A DNA stretch of 64,000 bases, from assembly GCA_965227775.1 (NCBI GenBank), contig OZ245777.1, positions 1,344,001 to 1,408,000 on the forward strand. Direction: 5' to 3'. The DNA comes from Phycisphaerales bacterium. GTDB taxonomy: Bacteria > Planctomycetota > Phycisphaerae > Phycisphaerales > UBA1924. Of the stretch, positions 62,463-64,000 are shown in pieces. A model generated the notes under the pieces. It did no database searches and had not been told where the DNA came from. It saw only the letters and a list, made by a program, of their open reading frames with translations. Made by a program: the position numbers and the translations under genes. Numbering within the stretch: position 1 is the stretch's first letter; every line of letters starts with the position of its first letter.

Positions 62463-63509
62463 ATGACGACCCCGACGAGCGCCATGACACCGCCGCACAC
62501 CACCGAGCATCTCGAACTGGCCAGCCGGCTCCTTCAGGAAGAGGCAGCGGCGGTTGGAGCGCTCGCGGAGCTTCCGGATGGCTTCGCCAAGGCGGTCGAG
62601 CTGATCGATGCGTGCGCGAGGGCTGGCGGCACGGTGCTGGTGACTGGCCTGGGCAAGAGCGGGCACGTGGGCGCCAAGATCAGCGCGACGATGGCGAGCC
62701 TGGGCATCCCTAGCCACCTGGTGCACCCGACCGAGGCGGCCCACGGCGACCTGGGCCGGTTCCGGCCGAGCGACCTCGTGCTTGCGCTCAGCTTCAGCGG
62801 CAAGACGGCCGAAGTCGTTGCACTGTGCGGGCTGTTGCGTCAGGACGGCTTACCGATCGTGACCATCACGGGCCGCAAGCCGGCTGATGCCGAGCAGCCG
62901 GACCCGCTGAGCCGCCTGGCGACCGTGCCGCTGTATCTTGGTCTCACGCACGAGGCGCTGCATCCAAGGTTCAGCGCGCCGACGGCTTCGACGACCGCGA
63001 CCCTTGCGCTGGGCGATGCGTTGGCAATCTCGGCCGCCGCAAAGTGTGGATTCACCGACGCTGATTTTGCGAGGCGTCACCCTGGCGGCGCACTCGGCGG
63101 CGCGCTCCGTCCGATCATGGACATCGCGCGTTGCACGATCGACGACCACCTGCCCGTCGCGCCCGAGCGCGTGAGCGTCATCGAGGCGCAGCACGCGGTA
63201 CAGACCAAGAGCGGTCGGCGTCCGGGCGCGATCCTGCTCGTTGATGACGAAGGAAAGCTCACGGGCATCTTCACCGATGGCGATCTGCGCAGGCTCGTCC
63301 TTCGCGATCGCTCTGAGCTCGATCGGCCGGTCGCGGACGTGATGACCAAACACCCACGCACGATCAACAGCGACGCCCTCGCGCGCGACGCGGTGGCGCT
63401 CGTGCTTGAGCACCGCCAGGACGAGGTGCCGATCGTGGATGGTGATGGCAAGCCGGTGGGCTTGCTGGACGTCCAGGATCTGGTCGCGCTCAAGCTCGTC
63501 GAGGGCTGA
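62463..63509 (+). CDS. kdsD: KpsF/GutQ-family arabinose-5-phosphate isomerase (SIS plus two CBS)
   Basis: GLGKSGHVG, HPTEAAHGDLG, APTAST, HPGGALG, GIFTDGDLRR. Confidence 0.9.
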   Translation: MTTPTSAMTPPHTTEHLELASRLLQEEAAAVGALAELPDGFAKAVELIDACARAGGTVLVTGLGKSGHVGAKISATMASLGIPSHLVHPTEAAHGDLGRFRPSDLVLALSFSGKTAEVVALCGLLRQDGLPIVTITGRKPADAEQPDPLSRLATVPLYLGLTHEALHPRFSAPTASTTATLALGDALAISAAAKCGFTDADFARRHPGGALGGALRPIMDIARCTIDDHLPVAPERVSVIEAQHAVQTKSGRRPGAILLVDDEGKLTGIFTDGDLRRLVLRDRSELDRPVADVMTKHPRTINSDALARDAVALVLEHRQDEVPIVDGDGKPVGLLDVQDLVALKLVEG

Positions 63510-63518
63510 CGAGCCATT

Positions 63519-63568
63519 AGAACTTTCACAAAAGTTCTTGCAACATTTCACGCACTGTGTGGTATAAG
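63519..63568 (+). promoter_or_regulatory. Inverted repeat AGAACTTT-N4-AAAGTTCT followed by an extended -10-like TGGTATAAG
   Basis: Perfect 8-bp AT-rich inverted repeat at 63519-63538; TGnTATAAG at 63560-63568. Confidence 0.5.
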
Positions 63569-63614
63569 CGCTGGGAGACGCGTGTGTTCTGCCGCGTGGG
63601 AAGGGAGTGCAGCA

Positions 63615-64000
63615 ATGATGCGTACCACAACAACTACCGCTATCTCGTCGATCGTCGCGGTTTGCGGCCTGGCGCTCGCTTCGAGCGACTTGCTTGCACA
63701 GGGGCCGCTGGAACAGGCCTTCCCATCGGCCATCCGTGTCGACGAACTGCGCGGCGTGACCGGCTTCGAGATCCAGGGCGCCGTTTCCGGCGAGGCCAGC
63801 GGCGACACGGTTCGATCCGCCGGCGACGTGAACAACGACGGCATCGACGACGTCATCGTCAACACGGGTCCGGGCGAAGCCTCGTACGTGCTCTTCGGCC
63901 GAGTCGGTGGGCTCGATCCACAGGTGCCGCTGGCGGACCTCGACGGCGAGAACGGGTTCGTGCTGCGGCTGGACGGATCTGGGGATCTGGGCATTCAAGC
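63615..64000 (+). CDS. Secreted FG-GAP/integrin-alpha repeat protein, N-terminal part; runs off the window edge
   Basis: Hand translation: signal peptide, then SAGDVNNDGIDDVIV...SYVLFG...LADLDGENGFVL. Confidence 0.85.
   Translation, partial: MMRTTTTTAISSIVAVCGLALASSDLLAQGPLEQAFPSAIRVDELRGVTGFEIQGAVSGEASGDTVRSAGDVNNDGIDDVIVNTGPGEASYVLFGRVGGLDPQVPLADLDGENGFVLRLDGSGDLGIQ

Noticed and set aside
63520..63537. LexA/SOS box (GAAC...GTTC)
   Set aside because: The spacer is 10 nt rather than the 4 nt of the Gram-positive box, and the downstream gene is not a repair gene.

Overview
A GC-rich (by eye about two-thirds G+C), gene-dense bacterial chromosome segment. It is most likely from a Phycisphaerales-type planctomycete, inferred from four secreted proteins ending in a paired EF-hand-like 'GC-type dockerin' tail and an H-X9-DG-like motif protein. 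It holds about 55 CDSs. Housekeeping genes include gcvH, cmk, uvrA, carA, priA, murD, panB, nadE, lptB, mraZ, galE, lgt, kdsA, scpA and a KpsF/GutQ isomerase. It also carries ABC transporters, an nfeD-nfeD-floA locus, proteases and secreted hypothetical proteins. I saw no CRISPR array, rRNA, tRNA, transposase or prophage. The most striking unexplained signals are non-coding. (1) A ~350-nt, highly structured RNA candidate sits directly after an orphan mraZ, where rsmH would normally be. (2) A second hairpin chain ~5.4 kb away, beside a 3D-domain cell-wall gene, shares exposed CACCAC hairpin loops and a near-identical 16-17-nt segment with it, suggesting an undescribed sRNA family or regulatory system. 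(3) A TAnnnT-N5-8-start-codon arrangement recurs, implying pervasive leaderless mRNAs. All calls come from motif recognition and hand-folding, with no database searches. Several start codons are my re-assignments from the ORF track.
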